NCBI RefSeq assembly: GCF_001194135.2
Contig: NC_068990.1
Span: 69,433,860-69,497,859, forward strand
DNA from: Octopus bimaculoides
Lineage: Eukaryota
DNA length: 64,000 nt
Reading direction: 5' to 3'
The position numbers and the translations under genes were made by a program. Shown piece by piece: positions 24,011-36,772 of the stretch (position 1 is its first letter; every line of letters begins with the position of its first letter). The notes under the pieces are model-generated. The model saw only the letters and a program-made list of their open reading frames with translations, had not been told where the DNA came from and ran no database searches.

Positions 24011-25849
24011 CGTATGTGTATTTCGTGTGCAAGATTCTTGATGTGGATACGTGTGTTGAAAGAAATATAATTAAACCTTGGGAGAGGCATTATGCTNNNN
24101 NNNNNNNNNNNNNNNNNNNNNNNNNNNNNNNNNNNNNNNNNNNNNNNNNNNNNNNNNNNNNNNNNNNNNNNNNNNNNNNNNNNNNNNNNNNNNNNNNNNN
24201 NNNNNNNNNNNNNNNNNNNNNNNNNNNNNNNNNNNNNNNNNNNNNNNNNNNNNNNNNNNNNNNNNNNNNNNNNNNNNNNNNNNNNNNNNNNNNNNNNNNN
24301 NNNNNNNNNNNNNNNNNNNNNNNNNNNNNNNNNNNNNNNNNNNNNNNNNNNNNNNNNNNNNNNNNNNNNNNNNNNNNNNNNNNNNNNNNNNNNNNNNNNN
24401 NNNNNNNNNNNNNNNNNNNNNNNNNNNNNNNNNNNNNNNNNNNNNNNTATATATATATATATATATATATATTTCGTATGTGTATTTCGTGTGCAAGATT
24501 CTTGATGTGGATACGTGTGTTGAAAGAAATATAATTAAACCTTGGGAGAGGCATTATGCCAGTAATAAACACACGCACTGGTTCAGTCCTTTATTAATTT
24601 ATAAACAGTATATTTCAGACAAAGGACACTACAATATGAAATAATAATAAAGCTGAAGTGAAGTATATAATGCATGTGGCTAAATGGTATAAAAATAAAT
24701 AAAAAAAAAGACCATCCCAAAATATAACAATATGTATATATATTATATATTATTATTTAATATCTGTTTTCCATGGAATTTAACATCCATTTTCCCTACT
24801 GGCATGGGTTGGACAGTTTGACTGGAGCTGGCAGACTAGAGGATTGTGCCCAACTCTGCTATCTGCTTTGGTATGGTTTCTGCAGCTGGATGCCCATCCT
24901 AACACCAACTACTTTACAGAGTGTATTGGGTGTTTTTTAACGTAGCACCAGCACTGAAAGGGTCACAAAATAACATGCAAGAGAAAGACCCCTCAACTGA
25001 GAAGGGAAGTGATATTGCAGGAGGTGGCTTTGTGCTGGGTTATGAGTGATTAAAATGCATAATAGAGGGACAGAGAGAGGTGTCTTGCTGTAGAGGAGAT
25101 ACACAACTACTTCAGAGAGAGAGGATGGTGGTGAAGATGTGCCAGGGCATATCCTCAAGGTACAAGGAAATGAATATAAGCAGGGTGGAAGAGGAATGCA
25201 GTGAGTAGTAAGGCACTGGTATACTGGGGAGTGGCATCATAGTCATGATACACTTGGCAGGGAGAGGACAGGAGAAAAGCTAATATTTCTTCCTGCTCTA
25301 TACATTCTGAGTTCAAAAGTCACTCACCTAGGTCGACTTTGCTTCTTAATTTCTCTGGGATTGATAGAATAGAGTACCAGTCAAGTACTGAAGTTGCTGG
25401 ATGAGAATGATGATGATGATCATCATTATTACTGTCTCAAGTCCTAGGACTGATAGGATTGATTGCCCACTTTCCATAGTGTATACTTGACTTGATATCA
25501 TGTCCTTCTCCTGTAAAGGATGCCAGTTTTTCACAGGATTTACTCATTTACAGCTGAGTAGACTGGAGCAACGTAAAATGAAGTGTTTTGCCAAAGAAGA
25601 CGATATACTTTTTGGTCCAGGAATTGAAACCATGATCTTTCAATCATGAATGCAACACCCTGACCACTCAGCCACATACATTCACTAACCCCACCCCTCA
25701 AAATTGTTGGCCTTGTGCCTAAATCGGAAAACATTATCTAAATCCAAAATATTTCAAAAATTACATTTTGATATTCTTTTTAATTCTAATGTAATTCTTG
25801 TTCTCTTTACTTTTTCTTTTTTTTTCTTTTTTTGCTTTATTTATTTTAG

Positions 25850-26040
25850 AGAGAAATCTTTGTTCATCTCAGGGACTAATCTGTTGTCTCTTGGCTTGAC
25901 TAAATTAAAACATATCCTCAATGGCAATGTGGTCATCAATGGAAATAAGAAGCTGTGTTATGCTGAGACCATAGCGTTCGGGTCAATATTTATTACTCCT
26001 GGCCAGAAAGAGTATGTGTTTGATAATAGTGATACATGTG
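25850..26040 (+). CDS. EGFR: EGFR exon 9, end of L2
   Basis: tag|A...G|gtaag; EKSLFISGTNLLSLGLTKLKHILNGNVVINGNKKLCYAETI...; phase 2-1. Confidence 0.93.
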
Positions 26041-26088
26041 GTAAGATTTCATTTTGAGCATAATTATAATTAACTATATGTATTAATG

Positions 26089-26140
<52 letters not shown>

Positions 26141-26215
26141 ATGTGTATATGCATGTATGTATGTGTATATATATGTATGTATGTGCATATTTATGTATGT
26201 ATGTATATGTATGTA

Positions 26216-27239
26216 CAGAGGTTGGACAAAATAATGGAAACACCTTAAAATTTCAAACAAAGTTATTTTAATAGGGGTAGGACCGCCTTTGTAAATGTTC
26301 AATAATACTGAGATCTGGGGACCGTGGTGGCCAGATAAGATGTTCAACTTCACTAGAATGTTCCTCGTGCCATTCAGCAACAACTTTAGCTGTATGAATT
26401 GGTGCATTATCATCCTGAAAGATTGCGTTTCCCTCCAGAAACAGTTCTGCAGCCATAGGATGAATTTAATCAGATAAAATGCTTAAATAGTCTTGTCTGT
26501 TAATTCTGCCATGAAGGGAAACCATTAGGCTGGCGGATTTCCAAGATATAGCCCCCCCACCCCCGATCATCACAGTTCTTCCTCCATGTTTAATAGTTGG
26601 AAGAAGGTAGTCTGGGTCAGATGCTTCTTTTGGCTGTCTCCACACGTATACTTGGCTGGTGGTCAGAAATAAGGTAAAGGATGACTCATCCAAGAAAATA
26701 ACATTCTTCCACTGCTCTAGGGACCAATTCTGTAGGTTTTTACTCCACTCTAAACACTTTGCAATGTTTGTTTTTAAAAGTAGTGGTTCTCCAATTGCAG
26801 CCCTCCCATGAAATCTGGCTTTGTGCAGATTTTGTGGAACAGTTTTTGTGGAACAGTTTTTGTGGAAACTGGGCTCTGGAGGTGGTCATTAATCTCTGCA
26901 GTAATTTTGGAAGCTTTACTTTTGTGATCCTTTCTAACAATTTGTGATCCTTTCTAACAATTTGTGATCCTTTCTAACAATTTTGGTTTTCTTCCAGAGT
27001 TTTGTTTTGATGAGGAGGTTTTTCCCTCTTTCTCAAAGGCTGTCATTACTTTTGAGACAGTACTTCTTGATACATCAAACATTTTGGCTGGTTTTATTAC
27101 ACTAGTGCCTACCATACAAGCACCAACAATTTGACCTCTGTGAAAGGCCGATACATCTGTTGTTGTTTTTTCATTATCTTGTTTTATTTTTCAATAAATA
27201 ACTTAAGAAAAAAACTTTGTATATAAAAATAAACCCTGT
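26216..27239 (-). mobile_element. Tc1-like transposon, decayed
   Basis: TA|CAGAGGTTGGACAAAATAATGGAAACACC TIR; minus-strand HRGQIVGA...GRKPK, DESSFTLF, FQDDNAPIHTAK...WPPRSPDLSIIEHL. Right boundary uncertain. Confidence 0.85.
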
Positions 27240-27254
27240 AATTTTCTTCTTCAG

Positions 27255-27454
27255 GAAATAAGACATGTGATCCTCAATGCAAGAATGGATGTTGGGGTGC
27301 TGGTCCTAAACAATGCTTAAGCTGCGCCAATTACTGTATTAAGAAAATAAATCTTTGTGTTGCTTCTTGCTTCAGTGTGCCATTACATTACGATGCTGGC
27401 AAGAAAATCTGCAAGAAATGCCATTCACAATGTGCAAACAATTGCATTGGACCT
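27255..27454 (+). CDS. EGFR: EGFR exon 10, CR2 (domain IV)
   Basis: cag|GA...CCT|gtgag; NKTCDPQCKNGCWGAGPKQCLSCANY...CHSQCANNCIGP; phase 1-0. Confidence 0.93.
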
Positions 27455-27544
27455 GTGAGTGTATTTCAATTATTATCATTATTATTATAATTATTATTAT
27501 CATCATCATCAATTTCATCATCATCATCATCATCATTTTGATTT

Positions 27545-28260
27545 GGCTCAGGTTCAATCTTATTCCAGGTAGGATTTAGGTGGGTAGCAGGTTACTACCT
27601 GAAACCTTAGGTATCCACAAATTTTCAGCAGTCTTTCAAGTGCTTAGAATCCTCCTGATAATCCTTGCTGTCCCTAAGAAACTTTCTGTAGGAGCTCTAC
27701 TGGGTGGCATTCTATTTCAATCTCCTTCATGTATTTATCTATATATATCTATATTTTTACTGTTCCCAATGCACCAATTATTATAAGGACAGCCTTTACT
27801 GTTCACATGCTCCAAATTCTTCCTATTTCAAAATTTAAAGAATTGTATTTTTTTCTTTTCTTTCCTCTTTCTTTGCGTTCCTGGAATCAAACAGGCATGA
27901 TGGGTCAATAAGTAAGCAATTTCACTTTTCCTTATCTATAATTGTAATGTCTGGTCTATTACTTTCTAACTTCATGTCCATTTCAATAGGAAAGTCCCAC
28001 AAAATCTTACATTTCTCCAACTCCAGCACTCTTTTGACTCAATGATTGTACCATGTGTTTCTTGCTTCAAATCTCCATATCTGGCACAGTTTCCAGTGTA
28101 AAATTTTTACAACCTGGTCATACTTCAATTTCTTATATTTTTCCTGTGCCAACTTGGAGCATTCTCCCACAGTGTGTGCCACTGTCTCATTCCACATTCC
28201 ACAGGCTCTACATTTTTCTGACACATTCTGTCCATATATATTTTTACTTTAGTTGTTTGT
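27545..28260 (-). mobile_element. R4/Dong-like LINE 3' fragment (CCHC and RLE)
   Basis: KCRACGMWNETVAHTVGECS zinc knuckle; KILWDFPIEMDMKLESNRPDITIID...LLIDPS endonuclease. Confidence 0.8.
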
Positions 28261-28278
28261 TTTTATATTATTATTATA

Positions 28279-29730
28279 TAACTGTTCAGCATTTGGTAGA
28301 TTGAGGCAAATTTCTACTGCATCACCTGCTGTGTTTCTGGGGTGTGTGCAGCATTGTGTGTTCTTTTCTGCTGTTGGGAGTGTGCAAACTCTTCCCAGTA
28401 CTGTATTATGTTTTTTTCCCTCTTGAGGTGTGGTGCAGTCTTTCGTTGTGTTACTGCTTGTATTATGTGTTGAGTGTGTAATGCATTGGTTATCTTGCTG
28501 GTTGAAGTTTATTTCACAAGGTGATTGTTGTATAGAGTGTGTCCTTGTATTTGTGGGTTGTTTTGTTTAGGTTGCATTATTGGCTTGATAGTGTCTTGTG
28601 TAGGATGTAGGCTGTTCCTAGCAGGGCTATTTTTTGCACAATGTGTAGTATTGAGGATCCAGATATAGCTTCTATGTTTTTTTTTTGTCATGCCCAATAC
28701 TTCAATTATTATTGGTATTGTTTTTACTTTCATGCCCCACATTTTGAATACTTCAATCTAAAGGTCTTTGTTCTTTGACAATTTCTCCACTTCTTTTTTG
28801 ATAATATTTTGATCAGAAGGGACTGCAATGTCTATCAGTAAGCAGGTGTTTTTTTCCCAATACTTGATTATTGCCTGGGCAGTTGGCTTTTATTTCTTTA
28901 TCGGTTTGAACCAGCATATCCCAGATGATTGTGGTCTGGTTGTTGTCTTGTATCTTGTTTGGCACATGTTTATACCATCTATTGTCAGCTTTAATGTTGT
29001 AATGTCGGTATATTGTCCAGTGGATATAACTGCTTACTTTGTTGTGTCTGTATATATATTCAGACTTGGCAAGGACTGGGCAGCCCGAGATGATGTGATC
29101 AACTGTTTCATTGTGCTGATTGCACATTCTGCATTTTGTGTTGGGGCCTGTTTTCATTATTTTGTTTTTATAATTGTTTGTAGTCAGGCATTGGTCTTGC
29201 GCAGCGAAAACTAGCCCTTCCATTTCAGCTTTTAGTCCAGGGCTTTTGAGCCATTGTTGGCTTTTAGTTAAGTTCACTTACTCTCTGTCAACACTTGCAG
29301 GATATTGGCCATGGAGTGATTTTTCTCTCCATTTTTTTGTCAGTATCTTTTGTAATTCTGTTTCCATGTTGTTTTTATCTCTTTGACCATTTCTGCCATG
29401 TTGTCATCTGAGGTCAATGATTCAGTGTGGTTTGCTTCTATTTTGTATTTTATTGCCTCCTTGTGTATAGAGAAAAGTGTTTTCTTTTTCTTGTGTTGCT
29501 TTACTACATGCAGTAGTCTTCCCCTCTTTGTTTCTAAGTACTTTCCTAGTCCAACTGTTGTTATTTTATAGTAGTTCTCTATCTGTATCAGGCCACAACC
29601 CACTTCTGAGCAGGATAGATATATTTTGTCTGTGTCTGCTTTGGGATGGTGACTTCGGTACACTGTTAGTAGTTTTCTGGTTTTTCTATCCAAGTTTCTC
29701 AATTCACTGATCTGGTTTATTATGTTAAAG
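28279..29730 (-). mobile_element. R4/Dong-like LINE 3' fragment (post-RT, CCHC, RLE)
   Basis: LDRKTRKLLT...HHPKAD; EGLVFAAQDQCL...CRMCNQHNETVDHIISGCP...RHN; (ATT)n on both flanks. Confidence 0.88.
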
Positions 29731-29731
29731 C

Positions 29732-29742
29732 TGTTGTTGTTA

Positions 29743-29776
<34 letters not shown>

Positions 29777-29838
29777 GGTGATGGTGATAATGATGATAAT
29801 CATCATCATTACTACTACTACTGCTATTACTGCTGCTG

Positions 29839-29882
<44 letters not shown>

Positions 29883-29900
29883 GCTACTACTACTACTACT
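29732..29900. repeat. compound (ATT)n/(GAT)n/(CTA)n microsatellite
   Basis: Direct reading. Confidence 0.9.
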
Positions 29901-30229
29901 CAGTCTATCAAAATTCTAGTTGTATAAAATGAGTCTCCTGATTGAAAACAAAAAGGTCTAGTGTTCAAATCAATATTTAATCCAACTACACATATCTACA
30001 GTCACTGGTTTTTAGCACTGATAATTTCCAATAGATATCACTCCTTTGAAGCTTTGTGTCTTAGGTAACCATTAGTAGCTTGGCCTTTCATACCAAGCTC
30101 TTCTTCAAATACTTTGATAGACTCTCCCATTTTATGGCACCTCCTCTATTATTACTGGACATTTGTACAATATCAATTCATTGACATTTACTGTAAGTCA
30201 CACCCAGGCTGTTATTATAATCAACAATA

Positions 30230-30770
30230 GAGGTCTCACTGCAAAATATTCATCAGAGTGAAGCCATAATCACGGAAGATTCTTTACCTCCAGAGACTAT
30301 ATCTAACACCATAAACCAAGTCCCTACATTGAACTCTAGCTGAGACCATGTGCAAACAAGACCTGAACAAGCTCAAGGTGTTCCAAATGCAGTGTCTTTG
30401 TCAAATCCTTGGTGTCTCTCTATGTGACCCAATCTCAAACAGCTACAGCCAATCATTGAAACAGCATCAGCCAATCATTGAAGACCAAGTCTGGCAGTGC
30501 AGACTACATTGGCCACATCTGCAGGATGAGTACCAGGAAGACTACTACACCAACTTTTGTGGTGTCAGCTACCCACACGTTAGAGAATCCAGTGTAGTGC
30601 ACCAAAGAACACGTGGGTGAAACAAATTAAGGAAGACCTGAAGTCGCAGTGCCTCAACCTTGGGCATGCTAAGGCCAACACCATCGATAGGAAAGCATAG
30701 AATAACAACATTACCAAAGTCCATCATCCATGAGCACCCACAGCAATGTATTGGTTGAGAAGATAACCTC
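30230..30770 (+). mobile_element. RTE-like LINE C-terminal fragment
   Basis: AETMCKQDLNKLKVFQMQCLCQILGVSL and IKEDL motifs. Confidence 0.6.
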
Positions 30771-30824
30771 CCCTTCTAGTCACCTGCTATGTAATAAAAA
30801 AAGAATGAAGAAATCTGTCTTTAA

Positions 30825-31088
30825 CCCTTTTATTACTATATTTCTGTTGAAATACATTACCTTTGTTTCAATTAATTTTGAAAATAATGACGGATTTAGT
30901 AACATAACCTTGTTATTAATAAGATAGTGTAAAACACCCAAACAGCAGTAGAAAGGATTATTACAGTAGTGTCTGGAAAAAAAATTAACTTCAAATTTTG
31001 ATAGTATATTTTAATTCAGATGAGTTTAAAACAGGAGGTTTGTATCATAGAAACAGGGATACTCTCTGGTGAGTTGATATCAAAAGCG
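30825..31088. mobile_element. TTAA-type MITE, second family
   Basis: TTAA|CCCTTTTATTAC left end, degenerate right end; partial copies at 13110-13230 and 51345-51375. Confidence 0.6.
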
Positions 31089-31231
31089 CTAAATAGAAAT
31101 GATCATGTGACCAACAAGTGAAGTCACATGATAACAAATATGTGAAATATGTAACCTCAAAACAATATCAATATTATATATAGTTTCTTACAAGGCTTAA
31201 TGTTGTAATATTTTCTTTTTATTGATTACAG

Positions 31232-31359
31232 AAAGAAAATGACTGCGATAGCTGTTTAAAAGTGCAATATGGCCCCAACTGCATTGATAAATGTCCTCTG
31301 AACATGTTTCCAAACCAGAAAAAGATCTGCCAACAGTGCCATAAGGATTGTGATTCCGG
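31232..31359 (+). CDS. EGFR: EGFR exon 11, cysteine-rich
   Basis: cag|AAA...GG|gtatc; KENDCDSCLKVQYGPNCIDKCP...CQQCHKDCDS(G); phase 0-2. Confidence 0.9.
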
Positions 31360-31413
31360 GTATCTCAACAATTTTGTTTAATTCAGCTTTTAACAAATAT
31401 AGATAATTATTAT

Positions 31414-31778
31414 AGGTGCAGACATGGCTGTGTGATAAGAAGTTTGTTTCCCAACCACATGGTTGTGAATCCAGTCCCATTGCATGGCACCTTGCACAAG
31501 TGTCTTCTACTATAGCTTCAAGTCGATCAAAGCCTTGTGAGTGGATTTGATAAACAGAAAATGAAAGAAGCCTTGTGTGTCCCTCAACCACTTGTTAACC
31601 AGTGGTGGTGTGTTTACATTCCTGTAACTTAACTGTTCATTCAAAAGAATAAGTACCAGGCTTGGTAAAAAAAAATTAATGGTGTCAGTACATTTGACTA
31701 AAATTCTTCAAGGCAGTGCCCCAGCATGGCCACAATCAAACAACTGAAACAAGTAAAATATAAAACATAAAAGATAAA
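31414..31778 (+). mobile_element. SINE family B
   Basis: Head AGGTGCAGACATGGCTGTGTGATAAG and family B body. Confidence 0.78.
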
Positions 31779-31858
31779 AATTATTACCAACTGGAAATGC
31801 ATGCACATACCACATGTATGCATGCAAACACATACACACAGAGGTTACACAAACATGC

Positions 31859-31927
31859 ACACATGCCCACGTACAAGTCCACACATGCCCACGTACAAGT
31901 CCACACATGCCCACGTACAAGTCCACA
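31859..31927. repeat. three perfect 22-bp tandem units
   Basis: ACACATGCCCACGTACAAGTCC x3. Confidence 0.9.
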
Positions 31928-33734
31928 CACATAATACATACAGACACATACAAATGGATACACATGTATGCGTATATACACATAAATATTATTTTGAAAT
32001 GCTTTAATTGAGGAAGGTTTATGTAATCATTGCATAAACTTCCCTCAGTTCAAGCATTATATTGTAATGGATGCATTTCCTTATTATATATTACTAGCAG
32101 GCTCTGTGCCATAAAAAGGACGGCTAATTGTAGTGTTTTATATATAAAGAAGATATAAAATAAGGTACATAATAATCACAGATACAAACATACACATACT
32201 TCCCTTGTACATGCACGCACATACACACATATACACAAACAGAGTTGAAATGCTGATTTTTTTCACCCCTTTCTTCCTTAGTCATCTATCACCCTTTCCT
32301 TTCTCCATTGCTATTACTTTCTCTCACTATCTCTCAGTCAGAGCTATTACTCTCACTACTTCTCCTTCACTGAATTACTATTTTCTCCCCTCTCCCTTCA
32401 ATTATACTATTCTTTCTCCTACTCTGTGATTTTGGACAAATATATATATATGTATGTATATATATATATATATATATATNNNNNNNNNNNNNNNNNNNNN
32501 NNNNNNNNNNNNNNNNNNNNNNNNNNNNNNNNNNNNNNNNNNNNNNNNNNNNNNNNNNNNNNNNNNNNNNNNNNNNNNNNNNNNNNNNNNNNNNNNNNNN
32601 NNNNNNNNNNNNNNNNNNNNNNNNNNNNNNNNNNNNNNNNNNNNNNNNNNNNNNNNNNNNNNNNNNNNNNNNNNNNNNNNNNNNNNNNNNNNNNNNNNNN
32701 NNNNNNNNNNNNNNNNNNNNNNNNNNNNNNNNNNNNNNNNNNNNNNNNNNNNNNNNNNNNNNNNNNNNNNNNNNNNNNNNNNNNNNNNNNNNNNNNNNNN
32801 NNNNNNNNNNNNNNNNNNNNNNNNNNNNNNNNNNNNNNNNNNNNNNNNNNNNNNNNNNNNNNNNNNNNNNNNNNNNNNNNNNNNNNNNNNNNNNNNNNNN
32901 NNNNNNNNNNNNNNNNNNNNNNNNNNNNNNNNNNNNNNNNNNNNNNNNNNNNNNNNNNNNNNNNNNNNNNNNNNNNNNNNNNNNNNNNNNNNNNNNNNNN
33001 NNNNNNNNNNNNNNNNNNNNNNNNNNNNNNNNNNNNNNNNNNNNNNNNNNNNNNNNNNNNNNNNNNNNNNNNNNNNNNNNNNNNNNNNNNNNNNNNNNNN
33101 NNNNNNNNNNNNNNNNAAATATATAAAAAATACTATGCTCATTAATATATTAGGAGATGCAAATCTGAAACACACGTATTAAATGCTTTCAAAATATCAC
33201 TATTTGGTTTGACTTCATTATTAAACTACATCATACATACATACATACATACATATATACATACATACATACATACACAAACAAATGCACATGCATGCAT
33301 ACATGCATACATATTTGCTCTCACACATAAATGCACATATATGCACAGGCTAACCAAAGTCTTGAGTGGATTTGGTAGGCAGAAAGTGAAAGAAACCTGT
33401 TGTATATACATAAGCTCACCACCTTACAAACCATTAATATCAAGTATATAAAGACAGCAAGCTAGCAGAATCTTTAACACATTTGGACAAAATGCCTTAC
33501 TACATTTCCAATTCTTTATACTGAGATAAAATGCTGCCAAGGTTGGTTTTGTTTTTCATCCTTTCAGGAGTGATAAAATAAAGTACCAGTCAAGTACTGG
33601 GACTGATGCTATCAATTTACCCCACACCCTTCAAAATTGCTGGCTGTGTGTGAAAATTAGAAAAAAAGTTCTAATTATTAATTACAATTATTTGTTATTC
33701 TCTATTAAATTTTTTAATATATTTTCTTTTCAAG

Positions 33735-33906
33735 ATGCTCTGGCCCAAGTTATGAACTAAAAAATGGTGGCTGCCATAGCTGTGCTATTGGACTTCAGCA
33801 AACTGATGGCAGAGTTTTATGTTTCACAAAGGAGAGTTTTGAATGTCCTGATGATTTCCATAGAAATTACAAGGAGGATAAAATGCCACAAATGAAAGGA
33901 AAAATT
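33735..33906 (+). CDS. EGFR: EGFR exon 12, cysteine-rich
   Basis: aag|A...ATT|gtaat; CSGPSYELKNGGCHSC...ECPDDFHRNYKEDKMPQMKGKI; phase 2-0. Confidence 0.88.
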
Positions 33907-34199
33907 GTAATTTTTACTTTTAATTTACTTTTAGCTTCACAAAAAATTTTCTAATTTGTATTTGACTGTTTCTAACCTTATCTAATTTGTTGAAGAGTGA
34001 GTCAAATTATAGCCTTGAGGCACATATGTGATTGTGTGGTTAAGAAGTTAGCTTCTCAACCACATGATTCCAGGTTCAGTCCCACTGCATGACACCGTGG
34101 ACAATTGACTTATACTATAGCCCTTGGCAAACCTAACCTTTCTGAGTGGATTTGAAGAAGTTCACATCATCGTCATCATCATCATCGTCATCATCATCA

Positions 34200-34460
34200 T
34201 TTAACGTCTGCTTTCCATGCTGGCATGAGTTAGATGACTTGACTAGTAAGCTAGAGAGCTACATGGGTTCCAGTCTGAATTTGGCTTGGTATCTATAGCT
34301 GACTGCCTTTCCTAATGCCAAACACTCTGAGAGTGTAGTGAGTGCCTTTAACGTGTCACTGGCATGTGTGTTTTTATGTGTCACTGGCACAAGTGCTTTT
34401 ACATGTCACCAGCACAGATGTTGTAATGTGTCACTGATACCAGCCACAACTATGATTTCA
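34200..34460 (-). mobile_element. repeat family E (RTE-like LINE 3' end or derived SINE)
   Basis: Terminal GCATGGAAAGCAGACGTTAAA followed by an (ATG)n tail on the minus strand; many other copies (e.g. 21720, 24775, 42790, 49490, 58320). Confidence 0.6.
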
Positions 34461-34492
34461 CCTGGCTATACATATATATATATATATATATA

Positions 34493-34787
34493 TCGTTGCC
34501 AGTGCCCCTGGACTGGCTCTTGTGCGGGTAGCACATAAAATACACCATTTTGAGCGTGGCCGTTGCCAGTACCGCCTGACTGGCCTTCGTGCGGGTGACA
34601 CGTAAAAGCACCCACTACACTCTCTGAGTGGTTGGCGTTAGGAAGGGCATCCAGCTGTAGAAACTCTGCCAAATCAGATTGGAGGCTGGTGTTGCCATCC
34701 GGTTTCACCAGTCCTCAGTCAAATCGTCCAACCCATGCTAGCATGGAAAGCGGATGTTAAACGAGGATGATGATGATGATGATGATG
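34493..34787 (+). mobile_element. repeat family E, young copy inverted relative to 34200-34460
   Basis: Ends GCATGGAAAGCGGATGTTAAACGAGGATGATGATG; CpG-rich. Confidence 0.65.
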
Positions 34788-34879
34788 TTCTTATTCTGTT
34801 ATGTGTTTCAGCCCTAAGGCTGAGGCCAGTCAATTGAAATAAACAAACAATGCAAATTAACAGATAAAAAAAAACCAAA

Positions 34880-35040
34880 AAAAGAAAGAAAAACAATGAA
34901 CATGAGGATGTACATAAGAAGTACATTAGTTTGACACTTGGTAAAAAGAAGAAAGTTTAACGTTTTGAGCATAGCTCTTTGTCAGAATGGAGAAAGGAAA
35001 AAGTCCAAAGAAGGAGGAGAAGAAGAAATTGCCAATTGAC
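34880..35040 (-). mobile_element. Penelope-like terminal fragment with decayed hammerhead motif
   Basis: Minus strand CTGACAA-A-GAGC-tat-GCTC-AAAAC-GTT. Confidence 0.5.
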
Positions 35041-35117
35041 CACATGTAGTAATGTATGTATGAATGTATATATGCATATATGTATGTATACATACATGCA
35101 TGCATGTATGTATTAAC

Positions 35118-35439
35118 TGGCACTCTATCAGCTATGACAACAAAGATTCCAGTTTTCTAGTTGATCTGTTCAATAGAACAGCCTGCTTATGAATTAACAT
35201 ACACGTGGTTGATCACTCCACAGACACACATACTCTCAGCATAGTACTCAGGGAGACTCGGAATGACACAGAATGTGACAAGGCTGGTCTTTTGAAATAC
35301 AGCTACTACTTATTTTTGCCGGCTGGGTGGACTGGAGCAATGTGAAATAAAGTGTCTTGCTCAATGATACAATGCACCACCAAGAATTGAACTCACCACC
35401 TTACGATCATGAGTTGGATAAACTAACCACTGCCTTCAC
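35118..35439 (-). mobile_element. SINE family C
   Basis: Homologous to 55488-55808. Confidence 0.75.
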
Positions 35440-36130
35440 ATATATGTGTATATAATATATCGTCAGTAGTTCATATACCTAAAAAAGAAACATACTCTAA
35501 AGTATTAGAGCCATAATATATTTTTGAGGAAGTTAAAAGTTATGGCCAGCCATAGAGTGACCATTGATTTTGCACCTATAAAACGATTAGCAGTAGAGGC
35601 AACTTGTCAGACTAAAAGACAAAAAATGGCCTTCAGCCATTTAAGTAAGACAAGTCACCTATACTGCTAAGTGCTTTATAGTTGTGAAACCAATGGTCAC
35701 TTTATGACCAGCCACAACTTCTAACTTCTTAAAAACCGTATATATATNNNNNNNNNNNNNNNNNNNNNNNNNNNNNNNNNNNNNNNNNNNNNNNNNNNNN
35801 NNNNNNNNNNNNNNNNNNNNNNNNNNNNNNNNNNNNNNNNNNNNNNNNNNNNNNNNNNNNNNNNNNNNNNNNNNNNNNNNNNNNNNNNNNNNNNNNNNNN
35901 NNNNNNNNNNNNNTGGGATTCTCAGCTTTTTTAGCTGCTATTTCTGAACTTCGGTATATGGTGAAGCAAATATTTGCTGATCCCTTAATTATATTTATAA
36001 ATATATATGAGCTTTTAAATAAGTTCTCCACCAATAATGGTGCTTTCATACCGATGGGCTTGGTAAAAATTGTTAATTGTTAATTGATTTATTAATTAAT
36101 AAATTGATAATCCTTTACCCTTTTAATTTG

Positions 36131-36184
<54 letters not shown>

Positions 36185-36520
36185 ATCTACATAGGTGTGT
36201 TAGTTTGTGTCTCCTTGTTATGATATTGCATTGCAATTATAAGTGTTAGTTATTTCCACCATTCTACAAACGTCTGGCCATTCAGAAATGTTTCCTTGCT
36301 TGGAAGCAATTAAGGGTTGGCAGCAGGAACATCACCCAGCTGTAGTAAATCTGCCTGTTATTTCCATCAGGTTCATGCAAGCATTGGAAAAGTGAACGTT
36401 AAAATGATGATGATTACTAAAACAATTTCTGATTTTTGAATTCTCTTAATTAATTCTTTTAATCAATGTGCAATGTTCTTTCATTCTTGCAAAACTGAAA
36501 AAATTTCTTTTTGTCTACAG

Positions 36521-36772
36521 TTATGTGTTCCTTGTCATGAAGAATGCAAATCGTGTTATGGCAAAGGGAATTATTCCTGCATAAGCTGTCGCAACTTTAA
36601 GATGCATCCATACTGCACAAGCAAATGTCCAAGTAACTATTTTAGCGATAGAGAACAGAAGAAATGTATTAAATGCCACAACGAGTGTTTGAATGAATGT
36701 TTTGGTTCGACATCATCTGACTGTACTGCCTGTCGCAACTTCAAGACTTATTTAAGCAGCAATCGAACTGCG
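36521..36772 (+). CDS. EGFR: EGFR exon 13, extra furin-like repeats (domain V)
   Basis: cag|TTA...GCG|gtagg; LCVPCHEECKSCYGKGNYSCISCRNFK...CHNECLNECFGSTSSDCTACRNFK; phase 0-0. Confidence 0.93.

Noticed and set aside
24005-24559. Identical sequence of about 90 bp on both sides of the 24097-24447 gap
   Set aside because: Exact identity at both contig ends indicates overlapping contigs with a false gap, not a biological duplication.
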